DNA of 64,000 nucleotides from Pirellulales bacterium. GTDB lineage: Bacteria; Planctomycetota; Planctomycetia; Pirellulales; JAICIG01. Where the stretch lies: assembly GCA_040901675.1 (NCBI GenBank), contig JBBDYJ010000017.1, forward strand, positions 32,001-96,000, read 5' to 3'. Made by a program: the position numbers and the translations under genes. The first letter of the stretch is position 1. Every line of letters starts with the position of its first letter. The notes beneath the pieces were generated by a model. That model saw only the letters and a list, made by a program, of their open reading frames with translations. It made no database searches and was not told the origin of the DNA. Below are positions 54,147 through 64,000 of the stretch, one piece after another.

Positions 54147-54175
54147 TTGACGCCCACCGAGCGGAGTTTTAACAT
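54147..54175 (+). promoter_or_regulatory. Putative sigma70 promoter
   Basis: TTGACG-17 bp-TAACAT upstream of 54269. Confidence 0.55.
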
Positions 54176-54268
54176 TGGTTTGCAGAGACACCTGACCGCG
54201 CGGCCGTCGGGCCTACATGGCCTCTCGCGCCGCACGAACTTTTTTCAAGGAAAGGGGGGACGTCTCTT

Positions 54269-54592
54269 ATGCCGTTATTCGAAATCGAGACGGAATCACA
54301 CATCATCATCACCTGGGCTGAGGACCAGGATGCGGCCGCCGCCGTGGTCCAGGACGCCTATCCCACCGAGCGCGTGATGCGGCTGACCAAGCGGCCTCGC
54401 GACACCTGGGTCATTTCCAAGAGCGCCCTGGGCATCTCCGGCCAGATCGACCCCTGCCATACCGCCCGTGATTGCTTGTCGAAGGCCGCCGGAGACAAGG
54501 TTCATGCCATCCGCCTCTACATGCACGAGACGGGTTCGGACCTGGAACGGGCCCGCAAAGTGATCGAGTCGAACATGGTCATGGGCTGGTGA
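54269..54592 (+). CDS. Conserved planctomycete protein; C-terminus resembles the ribosomal L7/L12 C-terminal-like motif
   Basis: MPLFEIETESHIIITWA...; KVHAIRLYMHETGSDLERARKVIE; G-rich SD. Confidence 0.8.
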   Translation: MPLFEIETESHIIITWAEDQDAAAAVVQDAYPTERVMRLTKRPRDTWVISKSALGISGQIDPCHTARDCLSKAAGDKVHAIRLYMHETGSDLERARKVIESNMVMGW

Positions 54593-54605
54593 GGTCCCGA
54601 CGTCC

Positions 54606-54845
54606 CGACAAGGCGACAAGGGGACAAGGCGACAAGGAGAGAGAGGGAAGGGGGGAAGGGGCGAGACGAAGAACGCCTTCTGCCACTGCTTGGAGGTCCC
54701 CATCCCGGCGCGCCGGGAGGACCGAGAAGCAGTGCCGTTCGGTTGGATTGCCCCGCCAGCAACTAACAACTAATAACAACTAGCAACCAGCAACGTCCTC
54801 TTCGTTCCCCCCATCCCCCCATCTCCCTTTCCCCCCTTCCCATCT
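54606..54845. repeat. Repeat mosaic: GACAAGG(C/G) 8-mers, family B hairpin (54681-54734), CAACTA(A/G)/CAACCAG 7-mers, CCCCATC-type repeats
   Basis: Seen directly, between convergent gene ends. Confidence 0.75.
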
Positions 54846-55910
54846 GCTCGCCCTGGCGAGCAGATCGGCCGGCGACGCGGTTCCGGTCGTGCCAAGCTGC
54901 TGGATGGTGATCGAAGCCACCAGGTTGCCCACCTGGGCGGCTTCCGCCGGGGTCGCCCCGGACAGCAGGGCAGCTACGATGCCCGCCGTGGCGCTGTCGC
55001 CTGCTCCGACCGGGTCGATGGGCCCTTCCACCGCGTAACCCGGCACGTGGATGGCCGCGCGCGATCCGCCCTGCGGATCGTCCCGGTCGACGGAGTCGAA
55101 GCCGACCAACAGCATGCCCGCCTGGCCCAAAGTGCAGTAGATCGGGCAACCGGTCTGCGACGATAGAGCGCGGGCGGCCTCGGCCGCAAGTTCCAGATCG
55201 CCCGGCGCGGCACCGGGGGGCGGCTGGCGGCCCAACGCGGCCAGGCACTCCGCGACGTTGGGCTTGAGGATGCCGCAGGTGAAGCGGCCCACGCGGGCGC
55301 GGCTGTCGACGAACACCAACTTGTCGGGCCAGCGGCGCGAAAGCCGGGCCAGGTGCTCGCGCACCTGGGGTGAAATCACGCCCCAGCCTTCTTCGTTCAC
55401 CTGGTCGAGCACGATGAGCCCGTCGGCGGCGGCAAACAGCGATTCCAGCGACTCGAGCAGCCGCCGTTCGATTGCCGGGTCGAGCGGCCGGCAGTTCCGC
55501 AAATCGAGGCGGTTCAGCTCGTGCCAGAGTCCATTGGGGCCGGCCTGGATCGGTTTGGTGTACGTCGGCGTCAGCCGGCCCGGATCGCGGATCACGTGGC
55601 TGGCATCGACCGGTTTCAGATCGGCCAAGGCGGCCAGCAGGTCGTGGGCGTGGCCGTCGTCGCCCACCACGGAGAGCGGCACCAGCCGGCCGACACCCAG
55701 GGCCGCCAGGTTGTTCATCACCGTGCCCAAGGCGCCCGGGCTGTTGCGGACGCGGGTCACCTGGTATGCCTCCAGGCCGGTCTCGACCGACCGCTCGGAG
55801 AATCGCGGGTCGATTTCGAGGTAGCGGTCGAGAAACAAGTCGCCGACCAGGCCGATCGTCAGGCGGTCGAAATGCGCCAAGAGCGATTCAAGACGGCCGC
55901 GTGCAATCAC
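54780..55910 (-). CDS. PfkB/ribokinase-family sugar kinase (HldE/RfaE kinase-domain-like)
   Basis: VGDLFLDRY, PGALGTVMNNLAALG, VVGDD, KPNVAE, DPVGAGD. Confidence 0.88.
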   Translation of the reverse strand: MIARGRLESLLAHFDRLTIGLVGDLFLDRYLEIDPRFSERSVETGLEAYQVTRVRNSPGALGTVMNNLAALGVGRLVPLSVVGDDGHAHDLLAALADLKPVDASHVIRDPGRLTPTYTKPIQAGPNGLWHELNRLDLRNCRPLDPAIERRLLESLESLFAAADGLIVLDQVNEEGWGVISPQVREHLARLSRRWPDKLVFVDSRARVGRFTCGILKPNVAECLAALGRQPPPGAAPGDLELAAEAARALSSQTGCPIYCTLGQAGMLLVGFDSVDRDDPQGGSRAAIHVPGYAVEGPIDPVGAGDSATAGIVAALLSGATPAEAAQVGNLVASITIQQLGTTGTASPADLLARASRWEGGKGRWGDGGNEEDVAGC

Positions 55911-56141
55911 GTGCGAGCTCTCCGCAATGCGGTCGTAGCGCCGTACGCCATAGTTTCGGAAGCAGCCAGCATCTATTCAGCCGCCAAACCGCGACCCTCT
56001 CGGTCAATCCACAGTGTCGGCTTGGCTTCCCGGCGGGGCAAGGCCCGAGATGTTTCCCGCCAGTGTAGTCCGGTGGTCGGCACGGACTGGATGCGTCCAG
56101 CCCTAGCCCGCGCTCTGAACCAGGCCGAGCCGCCGCTGTAC

Positions 56142-59100
56142 TCAGGGCGTTGGCCTGGCTGCTGCGGCGGCTTGCGAATGCAAGGCGTCGAGCTTGTCGA
56201 GCCACGACTGGGGCAGGCGGAGAGGGCGTTTCCACCGGCCGATTGCTTCGCCAAAGCGTTCGCGGGCCAGCTCGAATCGGCCCAGCCGCGCATGGCACAT
56301 AGCCAGCAAGAACAAGTCGGAGGCAGGGGCGGCCTCGCCGAGTTCAATCGCTTGCTGAAACGCTTGCTGGGCTTCTTCGAACCGCTTGAGCTGGTAGTTC
56401 ACCATGGCCAGAGTGCTCCACAAGGCATACTGGTCCGGCGCGAGCTGGACGGCTTGCTCGGCCAGCCGGCGAGCCTGCTCGAGCGCGCGCAGCTCGTCGG
56501 GCCCGGTGGCGTAGATCAATGCCAGGTTGTTCAGCACTTGTGTATCATCGGGCACTAGATCGAGGTGCTTCTGGTAATCGGCGATGGCCGCGGCATACTG
56601 CCGCAAGTAGCTGTGGATCAGTCCCCGCTGGGCGTAGGCCCTTATATGACGCGGTTCAAGATCGATCAATTTCGAGTAATCCGCCAGGGCGTCTTTCCAG
56701 CTTGCCAGGCGGACGTGGTTGCGGGCGCGGACTTCGAGCAAGTGCGCGTTGTCGGGATTGAGCGCCAGCGCCTTGTCAAAGTCGTCGCGGGCTTGCGCCC
56801 ATTGGTGCAGCTTTTCATAGAGGTGGCCCCGCTGGTGATAAGCTTCGGCGTCGTTCCGGTTGGCACGAATCGCCTGGGTATGCTTCTCGATACCCACGTG
56901 GATTGCCGCGCCCGCGAAAGGTTGGGGCGGCGCGAGCTCGCCTTGCCGCAGCTCGACCTTCAGGGATTCATCGCGGTGCACCAGGCGAGAAGTGAGCGGC
57001 GAGCCATTCCAGTCGAGGTTCATCTCGCCGAGTTGCGAGCGGATCGCACGCAGGTCCCAGAGATGGATGCGGTGCGTTGACGAGGTGACCGCCAGCAGGC
57101 AGCCGTCCGGGCTGAAGCACAGCGAGCCCACTACTTGAGGGTCGGGAGGCTCCAGGACGGCCACGGTATCCAGTGAGCCGGGATCGATGAGCCGCACTCG
57201 TTCGCGGTCTTGGACAGCCGCCATCAGCCGGCCATCGGGCGTGAACGCGATCTTGCCGGGCAAATCACTTTTGTCTCCCAAATCCAGCTCCCGGTCGCGC
57301 TGCCAGGAACTCACGTGCCAGAAGACATATCCGCCCGGCTTGCTGGTGACTAGCCGGCTACTGTCAGGGGTGAAGTGCGCCATGGAGTTCGGAACATCCG
57401 GCAATATGTCCTTGGCCACTTTACCGGTGGCGGCATCCCAAATGCGCACGCCCTGGCCGTGCCAAGCGCCGCCGGCCACCCACTTGCCGTCGGGACTGAT
57501 AGCCAACTGGTTCACGCCGGGCCGGCCCGCCAGGTGCTGAGAAATAGCCGACTCAAGCCGGAAAAGCTTCCCCTCCGCGCCTTGCTGAGCCACCAGCAGG
57601 CGGCCGTCGGGAGTCGAGTCGAGAGTGCTGAAACTCCCGGCGGCGAGCCGCCGAGGCGGCCCGATGACCAAGGCGCTTTGATCTTCGGCTGGCCGATGTA
57701 TCGGCCACGCGTGCAGCCCCCTCACGCCGCTCGTCACCAGGCTGCGGCCGTCCGGCGCAAACAGGGCGCCGGCATACGGCGTGGTTGCACCTACGACGCC
57801 CACCAGGTGGGCGATCGCCTGGCCTCGATCCACCTCCCACAGCCGTACACCATCGTCGCCGGTGGTGACCAGCAACTCGCCGCTCGGGTCGAAGTGGGCG
57901 AAATTGGGTCCTTTGCCGGGGGCGGGAGGTTCGTTCCATACGCGGCACTCGCGACCGGCCGCAACCTTCCACATGCCCAGCTCACCGGTGCCAGCCAGGA
58001 ACGCCAGGCGGGAATCCTGGTCGCTGAAGCGAAGGGCCCGCCCGGGTGCATCGATCAAGTTCTGCCCCCGGACTGGATCCCAGAGCAAGGTCTTCCCGTC
58101 CCACCCGGAGGACGCCAGGAGGTCGCCTTCGTGGTTGAACATCACGCTGACCACCTCGGCCTGGTGCCCCTGCAGGATCGAGAGTGGCTGCCGCGTCGCA
58201 ACGTCCCAAACGTACGCGCGGTAGTCGGCACAGGCCGTGGCCAGCAAGTCGCCCGAAGGGGCCCAGGCCACGTCGAACACCTGTCTGGGATGTTTGAACG
58301 ATGCGAGCGATTCTTCCTCCAAGTCGAATACGCGAACATCGGTCTGTCCCCCTTCGCACAGCGCCAGCCTGCTGCCCTCGGGATGGAACCGGACGCAAGT
58401 CGGGGAATAGCCGATCGGAAACCGTTTGAGCCGGCGACCGCCGGCTAATTCAAACAGCGCGATCCCCGAATCGGGCAGTCCCACGGCCAATCGGCGGCTG
58501 TCGGGACTGAAGTCGACTCCGAGGCCGTTGTGACTGACAGGCGATTCCAGCACCGGCTCCGGTTGTCCGAGCCTCCAGACACGAACGACGTTGGTCTGCC
58601 CGAGGCGGTGCTTGGTGGCCAACAGCTTGCCGTTGGGACTGAATCGTACTCCGGCAGACTCGAATTGATCCTTCGCAGGGATGCGAACCAGTTCCACGTC
58701 GTCCGCGGTCCGGCGGACGCTGACGCTGCCGTCACTCGTGCCCACGGCGTATTGCTCGAGCCGGCCGTCGAAGGCGGCGCCTCCCCGAAATGGCGTGTTC
58801 GGCTGCCAGCGCCGTTCGACCTTGAGGTCCGTGAGCGCCATGCAGGCGACAGCTTCATTGCGTAGTTCGAGCGCTTCCGCGCGTCCCAGTCCCAAGGAGG
58901 GCAGCGTACGCGCAGCTTCGGCGAGCGCCTCGAGGCTGTCGTAGCGGCGTCCGGCGCGGCCGCTCCAGCGAGCAGCTCGCGCCTGGTTGAAGGAAGCCAG
59001 GTACGAAGCGACGGCCCTCTTGGCAGCCAGCCGTTCGGCTCGCTGGGCGGCATTTTCGGCATGCCGCGCCCGCGTAAGATGCGACAGGGCCGTATTGCGT

Positions 59101-60530
59101 TCCGCCCGCAGCCAGAACGCCGCCACTGTCGAGACCAGCGTAATGCACACCAGCAGCAAGGCCACCGACGCCGACAGACCGGCCATGACGGGGTTGCGGC
59201 GGCACCACCGCCAGGTACGCTCCGAGAGCGAGCTTCGGCGGGCATGGATCGGCCGATCGAGCAGCAACAGGCGCAGATCGTCGGCCAATTGCTGTGCAGT
59301 CTGATAACGGTGTCCGGGCTCCTTGTCGATGGCCTTGAGGATGATCGTTTCCAGGTCGCGGGGAATGCGGGGGTCGACCTTTCGCGGCCGCGGCGGCGAC
59401 TCGTGCATGACTTGCTCCACCAGGCGCGCACGGTCCGATTCGCCGAAAGCGTGGTGCAACGTCGCCAGCTCGTAGAGTGTCAGTCCCAGGCTGTAGATGT
59501 CGCTGCGCGGGTCGGACCAGCCTCGGAACCGTTCAGGGGCCATGTATCGCAGTGTTCCGACCAGGTCGCCGGTGCGAGTCAGCTCCTCGCCGTCACAGGT
59601 CTTGGCCAAGCCAAAATCGGTCACCCAGACCGCTCCCTGCATGTCCAGCAGCAGATTCGACGGCTTGACGTCGCGGTGCAGAATTCCCTGCCCATGCGCG
59701 TAGGCCATGGCTTCCGCCACCTGCAGCCCAATGCGGGCAATGCTGGTGAAGTAATGGAACTCGGACCGTCCCGATAGATCGGAGCCATCCAGCACGGCCG
59801 ACGAATTGCTTGAGTCCTGGCTGTCGGGATCGACGGCCGGTGGCACGCTGGCGTCCGCTTGCGCCGCGGCCTCTTCCAGCCGAGCACTTGCAAATGAGGG
59901 CCGGGTTATGCGGCCGTCGAGCAAGGTGTAGGCGGCCGTCACCGTGGCGTCGCCGGCGGTCGGAGGCGCCGAGGCCCGGCTCGATTCGCGCAGCCGCCTC
60001 AGTTCGACCACCACCTGGTCCAGACTCTGCCCCTGGATGAACTGCATGACGTAGTAGTGAATGCCCTCGTGCTCGCCGATGCCGAACACCGGCACGATGT
60101 TGCTGTGGTGCAGCCCTGCCGCCGCCCGGGCCTCGCGACGGAATCGCTCGAGATGCTTGCGACTCATCAGGCCCGACGAGGGAAGCACCTTCAAGGCCAC
60201 GCGCCGGCCCAGCGAAGCTTGTTCCGCTTCGTAGACGACGGCCATGCCGCCGCGGCCTACCTCGCGGATGATGCGGTAGTCGCCCAGGCGCTCGAGCCGC
60301 GCAACATTGTCGTCGACTTCGCCGGGTTGGGCGTCGGTCAGGTCGGCGGCACCCGGCTTGAGCTGCTCGACCAGGGCCACGGCGGGAAAGAGCTCGCGGA
60401 TTTCGTCGGCCCACTGTGGATACTGGGACGCGTACTGCGTGACGCTGGGGCGCTCGCCGCGGCGATAGCGGGCGATGAATTCCTCGGCCAATTGTTCGAC
60501 CGGGTTGCGGTCGGAAGCGGAACCGGTCAC
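56142..60530 (-). CDS. Ser/Thr kinase with WD40 beta-propellers and C-terminal TPRs
   Basis: NPVEQLAEEF N-terminus, VGRGGMAVVY, HRDVKPSN, DFGLAK, GTLRYMAPE, WRWCRRNP-TM, many FSPDG/WD repeats, TPRs. Confidence 0.95.
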   Translation of the reverse strand: MTGSASDRNPVEQLAEEFIARYRRGERPSVTQYASQYPQWADEIRELFPAVALVEQLKPGAADLTDAQPGEVDDNVARLERLGDYRIIREVGRGGMAVVYEAEQASLGRRVALKVLPSSGLMSRKHLERFRREARAAAGLHHSNIVPVFGIGEHEGIHYYVMQFIQGQSLDQVVVELRRLRESSRASAPPTAGDATVTAAYTLLDGRITRPSFASARLEEAAAQADASVPPAVDPDSQDSSNSSAVLDGSDLSGRSEFHYFTSIARIGLQVAEAMAYAHGQGILHRDVKPSNLLLDMQGAVWVTDFGLAKTCDGEELTRTGDLVGTLRYMAPERFRGWSDPRSDIYSLGLTLYELATLHHAFGESDRARLVEQVMHESPPRPRKVDPRIPRDLETIILKAIDKEPGHRYQTAQQLADDLRLLLLDRPIHARRSSLSERTWRWCRRNPVMAGLSASVALLLVCITLVSTVAAFWLRAERNTALSHLTRARHAENAAQRAERLAAKRAVASYLASFNQARAARWSGRAGRRYDSLEALAEAARTLPSLGLGRAEALELRNEAVACMALTDLKVERRWQPNTPFRGGAAFDGRLEQYAVGTSDGSVSVRRTADDVELVRIPAKDQFESAGVRFSPNGKLLATKHRLGQTNVVRVWRLGQPEPVLESPVSHNGLGVDFSPDSRRLAVGLPDSGIALFELAGGRRLKRFPIGYSPTCVRFHPEGSRLALCEGGQTDVRVFDLEEESLASFKHPRQVFDVAWAPSGDLLATACADYRAYVWDVATRQPLSILQGHQAEVVSVMFNHEGDLLASSGWDGKTLLWDPVRGQNLIDAPGRALRFSDQDSRLAFLAGTGELGMWKVAAGRECRVWNEPPAPGKGPNFAHFDPSGELLVTTGDDGVRLWEVDRGQAIAHLVGVVGATTPYAGALFAPDGRSLVTSGVRGLHAWPIHRPAEDQSALVIGPPRRLAAGSFSTLDSTPDGRLLVAQQGAEGKLFRLESAISQHLAGRPGVNQLAISPDGKWVAGGAWHGQGVRIWDAATGKVAKDILPDVPNSMAHFTPDSSRLVTSKPGGYVFWHVSSWQRDRELDLGDKSDLPGKIAFTPDGRLMAAVQDRERVRLIDPGSLDTVAVLEPPDPQVVGSLCFSPDGCLLAVTSSTHRIHLWDLRAIRSQLGEMNLDWNGSPLTSRLVHRDESLKVELRQGELAPPQPFAGAAIHVGIEKHTQAIRANRNDAEAYHQRGHLYEKLHQWAQARDDFDKALALNPDNAHLLEVRARNHVRLASWKDALADYSKLIDLEPRHIRAYAQRGLIHSYLRQYAAAIADYQKHLDLVPDDTQVLNNLALIYATGPDELRALEQARRLAEQAVQLAPDQYALWSTLAMVNYQLKRFEEAQQAFQQAIELGEAAPASDLFLLAMCHARLGRFELARERFGEAIGRWKRPLRLPQSWLDKLDALHSQAAAAARPTP

Positions 60531-60557
60531 GAGTCTATCCTCCTTCAGCCTCCCGTG

Positions 60558-61193
60558 TCATGCGTCCAGTAAACCGGGCATACTGGACAGCACTTCCTTC
60601 AAACGTTTCAAGGCTCTCACGTAGCGGTTGCTCGCGGCCGATTTCTGGATGCCCAGCACCTCGGCAACCTCGTTGTTGGTCAGCTCTTCGAAGTGTCGCA
60701 AGGCCAGCACCTCGCGGTCGATTGGTTCCATGCGGTTGAGCACTTCCTGCAGCCGGAGCTGCATCTCGGCCCGCTGGGCTGCCAGTGTGGGGGATGTAAG
60801 GTGCCCCAAAAGCTGCGCCGCCAAGGAGCAGGAAGTGGCTTGCGGCAGGGCCCTGCGATAGATCGATACTTCCTGGCCGACATCGCGCACCTGCGCCCCC
60901 AAGTGCCGGCGGTGCAAGGCCAGCAACCGCTCGCCGACGATCCACCGCAGCCACAAGAAGGGAGGCATCGCCGGGTTTGCGGAATATTCGGCAAGCCGCT
61001 TGCCGGCATCGACGAAGGCGTCCTGCAAGACATCGGACGGATCGACCCTTCCCTGCAGGCGACGGTCGAGCCGCAGGCTGACCATTCGCCTCAAGCGCGG
61101 TCGGAACCCCGTGAACGCCTCTGCCAATGCCTGCGGATCCCCCGCCTTGAGGCGCGGCAGCAACACGTCGCTGGGGCCGGAATCACTCATCAT
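60558..61193 (-). CDS. ECF sigma factor (kinase-associated planctomycete type)
   Basis: RLDRRLQGRVDPSDVLQD, FLWLR, HRRHLGAQVRD, REVLALRHFEELTNNEVAEVLGI, RYVRALKRL. Confidence 0.95.
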   Translation of the reverse strand: MMSDSGPSDVLLPRLKAGDPQALAEAFTGFRPRLRRMVSLRLDRRLQGRVDPSDVLQDAFVDAGKRLAEYSANPAMPPFLWLRWIVGERLLALHRRHLGAQVRDVGQEVSIYRRALPQATSCSLAAQLLGHLTSPTLAAQRAEMQLRLQEVLNRMEPIDREVLALRHFEELTNNEVAEVLGIQKSAASNRYVRALKRLKEVLSSMPGLLDA

Positions 61194-61421
61194 CTTCGGA
61201 CCTGACATATTAACTGCCAACGGCCCGCGATTGTACACAGGAAAATTGGCTCGCCCTCATTTTGGCCATCAAGCCTCGTCCGGGCAGCCCGCCGGGAATG
61301 GATTGAGGAGGTTTCGCCAATAACGGCTTCGGCGAGGAGAGTACGCCCCCAGCGAACGTTCCTAACCCGAACGTCCCTTGACACCCTCGGACTCCACCAA
61401 AGGTTAGTTTTTGGCCAACCC

Positions 61422-64000
61422 CTAATGCGGATGGAGGCTGCGGAGCTCAGGGGAGAGCTTGAGCCGGCGGGGCAGGTTGCCGTAGGCCGGGCCGGCCCGC
61501 GGCGAAAGCTGGTATTGAGGCTCGGGCTGGAACTGCTCATCGCGAAGCTGCTGCCAGAAGCCGTCGGCATCGACTTCCAGCAGCTCCAGGTTCAGGAAAA
61601 AGCGCGTGCGGTTGACAGTATACCCGATGTGGTTGTCGGCCACGCTGCCCAAAGCCACGCGGAAGGCGTCCTGGGCTTCGAGAAAATCGCGGGCCGCCAC
61701 GCCGGGAAACCCGAGGGCCAGCTCCAACTGCGTGCTGGCCACGCGTTCAGCGGCCAGCGCGGCGCTGGCCACGCTGATCAGGTACTGCGCCCGGGCCAGC
61801 GCGAGATCGCGCAGGTCGTCGCGGACGCCGAGCTTGATCGCGTCTTCGACTTGCATCAGGCGGCGCAGGGCCACGTGGTAGTCGATCAACGTCCGGCGGT
61901 ACAGGTTGCGCTGGGCCTTGCGGTTCAGCGGCAGGTCGAGCGAGAGGCCAACCTCGGTACGGCTGTTTTCGAAGTTGAAGTCGAAGGGACGGTTGTGGCG
62001 GCTGTTGATGACCTGCGTGGCGCTGAGGTTCAAGATCGAGCGCAGCTCGTCGGCCGCCAACTTGACCGCCCGCCGCTGGTCGGCCACCGCGCCGCGCTCG
62101 TTCATCAAGTCGAGCCGCCCGGACAGCGCCGTGAGCATCGCGTCGTCGACGTCGATCTGGACGGGGACCAGGCCGGCGCTCGGCTGCGAGAGCATCTGTT
62201 CGGCGGCGGCGAGCAACTGGTCGACCTGGGCCAGCGTGTTTTCGAAGCCATCGGTCGGCTGTTCGCCGTTGGCGCTTCGGAGCAGCTCGTCGGCCTCGGC
62301 TACAAGCTGCTCGGCCCGGGCCAGCAGGGCCCTGGCTTCGACGAGAAGCTGGGGCACTTCGTCCAGCCGGGCCTGCGCCAGCGCGTCGGCCAGCTTGCGG
62401 CGCAACTCGGCCGCGTCGCTTTGCAGTTGCCGGGTTTGCTCGTCGATGACGGCCAGCTCGTCGGCCGCCGCTTCCAGCGCCCGTGCCAGCTCCACCTGGC
62501 GAACGGCTACCTGCGCCAGCGAACCGGCCAGGTCCATCGAGCGCTGGAACAACCGCAGGGGCGGCGCCAGGCCGCCGGCCAGCTCGTTCTCGAGCACCTG
62601 CCGGTCTGCCTGTACGTTCAGCCTTGCTTCGTCGAGCTGCAGGCGGCGGCGGAGCAGTGCCAGCTCGTCGAGATCCGCCCCGGCGTCCTCCAGGCGCCCG
62701 TCCATCAGAATGCGTTCGGCCATCCGCTGCGTGAGCACCACGGCGGCGTTGAGCAGCTCCAAGGGCCGCGGCGCCTCCTTGGCACGTTCGGCGGCCAGCC
62801 GATCGCGGGTGCGCCGGACCAGCTCGCCGCTGACGGCCGCTTCGTCGCCCTGCGTCAGGTCGGTCAGCTCGTCGAGGTCGAGGTTGACGCCCAGCTCGGG
62901 CGGCAGGCCGATGACCAGCTTGAGCCGATCGAGACTTCGCTCCAGGCCGACGCAGGTGGCAATCAGCCGGCTGCGTCCCAACAGCATGCTCTGTTCGATC
63001 TGCTCGACCTGGATCCGGGATCGCAGCCCGGCCTCGAACTCGGCCTCCGCCTGGCTCAAGGCGCGGACCAGCGAGAAATAGTTTTGCGATTCGATCTCGA
63101 TCTGGCGGTAGACGCGGATCAGGGCGTAGTAATCGGAGGCCAGTTGGAAGAAGAACGTCTTGCGGTAGCGGGCATAGTCGCGGGCCGCGTAGACCACGCT
63201 GCGCTCGGCCTGCGTCAAGGGCTCGAAGAGCACGTCGCGCTGCAGGACCGCCTGCGAGAAGTTGAAGAACATTTCGGAGCTGATGTCGCTGGTAAACCCC
63301 TGGGGTCCATTGAACGTCAGGAGCACGTCGTTGGCGAAGCGCCCCAAGAGCGTGCCGCCGCCGGCCAGCACGCGATCGACCTGCGTGCTGGAAGGCACGG
63401 CCAGAGTGCCCGCGGTCGGGCCGCCTGATCGCACATGGTCGTACCCCAGGTCGGCGCCGCCCCCCAGCGGCGAGAACTTCAGAGCGTAGTCGAACCGCTC
63501 CAGCGACAGGGCCAGGGCCGAGCGGTACAACACTTCTTTCTGCGCCTGGTATTCGCGGCTGTTGAGCAGGGCCAGCGACACGATGTCTTCGAGAGAAAGC
63601 CTCCGATCGCGGTCGACCAGCGACTCGTCGGGCGGCGCCTGGTAGCTGCGGACGTATTCCTCGCGGACCCGCTCCAGCTCCAGCATCCGCGACAGGTAGG
63701 CCGGCTCGATCGCCTCCCAGTGCCGTCGCGGAATGGCCGCCACCGGCAGCTCGCCCGCCGAGGCGCCCTCCTGCAGCTCTTGATCGGCCGCCTGATACGA
63801 AGCCGGGCGGATCTGCTCGCCGCCGCGCCGGCTCGATCGCATCTCGCCGGCCGGCCCATCTCGCGGATCCGGCTCGATCGGCTCTGTGTCGGGATCGAAC
63901 AATCCTGGCGGCGGCAGCTCGATGTAAGAATCTCCGGGGCCGGTTTTGGCATCGGGAGCGGGGATGGCTTCCGGGCCGGACGCTTGCGGCGACGTGTATC
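61422..64000 (-). CDS. TolC-family outer-membrane efflux protein (5' end beyond the window)
   Basis: LSLEDIVSLALLNSREYQAQKE.LY..AL.LSLERF, LTQAERSVVYAARDY, LSLDLPLNRKAQRN, RDFLEAQ; frame stays open to the window end. Confidence 0.85.
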   Translation of the reverse strand, partial: YTSPQASGPEAIPAPDAKTGPGDSYIELPPPGLFDPDTEPIEPDPRDGPAGEMRSSRRGGEQIRPASYQAADQELQEGASAGELPVAAIPRRHWEAIEPAYLSRMLELERVREEYVRSYQAPPDESLVDRDRRLSLEDIVSLALLNSREYQAQKEVLYRSALALSLERFDYALKFSPLGGGADLGYDHVRSGGPTAGTLAVPSSTQVDRVLAGGGTLLGRFANDVLLTFNGPQGFTSDISSEMFFNFSQAVLQRDVLFEPLTQAERSVVYAARDYARYRKTFFFQLASDYYALIRVYRQIEIESQNYFSLVRALSQAEAEFEAGLRSRIQVEQIEQSMLLGRSRLIATCVGLERSLDRLKLVIGLPPELGVNLDLDELTDLTQGDEAAVSGELVRRTRDRLAAERAKEAPRPLELLNAAVVLTQRMAERILMDGRLEDAGADLDELALLRRRLQLDEARLNVQADRQVLENELAGGLAPPLRLFQRSMDLAGSLAQVAVRQVELARALEAAADELAVIDEQTRQLQSDAAELRRKLADALAQARLDEVPQLLVEARALLARAEQLVAEADELLRSANGEQPTDGFENTLAQVDQLLAAAEQMLSQPSAGLVPVQIDVDDAMLTALSGRLDLMNERGAVADQRRAVKLAADELRSILNLSATQVINSRHNRPFDFNFENSRTEVGLSLDLPLNRKAQRNLYRRTLIDYHVALRRLMQVEDAIKLGVRDDLRDLALARAQYLISVASAALAAERVASTQLELALGFPGVAARDFLEAQDAFRVALGSVADNHIGYTVNRTRFFLNLELLEVDADGFWQQLRDEQFQPEPQYQLSPRAGPAYGNLPRRLKLSPELRSLHPH

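Noticed and set aside
29..63952. Many long alternative ORFs (e.g. 656-1612+, 4857-6554+, 7986-9926+, 19583-21634-, 25919-28063+, 61425-63428+)
   Set aside because: Antisense or off-frame shadows of real genes in high-GC DNA, with Arg/Pro/Gly/Ala-biased composition and no motifs.

Overview
GC-rich bacterial chromosomal window, very probably from a planctomycete (Pirellulales-like). The evidence is Planctomycete-type cytochrome c domains, a LExR-type export motif, a YSLxTLL-type N-terminus, DUF1080, an ECF sigma/Ser-Thr kinase pair and a BMC shell gene. It holds about 50 real CDS and one tRNA-Glu(CTC); most long ORFs in the supplied track are antisense shadows. Main blocks: (1) a hopanoid cluster (shc-hpnH-hpnG ... 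hpnE-hpnD-hpnC, ispH), split by an ~8 kb block. That block carries an overlapping-gene operon of an asparagine-synthetase-like ATP-dependent ligase, a RaSEA-like radical SAM enzyme and a flavin-dependent halogenase, with no known pathway. (2) A satellite microcompartment pair: a DapA-family aldolase with a C-terminal encapsulation-peptide-like tail, and a tandem BMC gene with an internal RBS/ATG. (3) A TPR-ExbB-ExbD operon whose TonB-like partner ends in a terpene-cyclase-like alpha/alpha barrel. (4) A low-GC gene pair encoding an Ig-repeat surface protein and a partner. (5) Small toxin-antitoxin-like modules. (6) Many non-autonomous repeats: GTAG-type REPs, other hairpin families, 7/8-mer tandem repeats, and a ~57-bp perfect palindrome found at two nested duplications of the halogenase 3' end and at a gene truncation. 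All product calls come from motif reading, not database searches.
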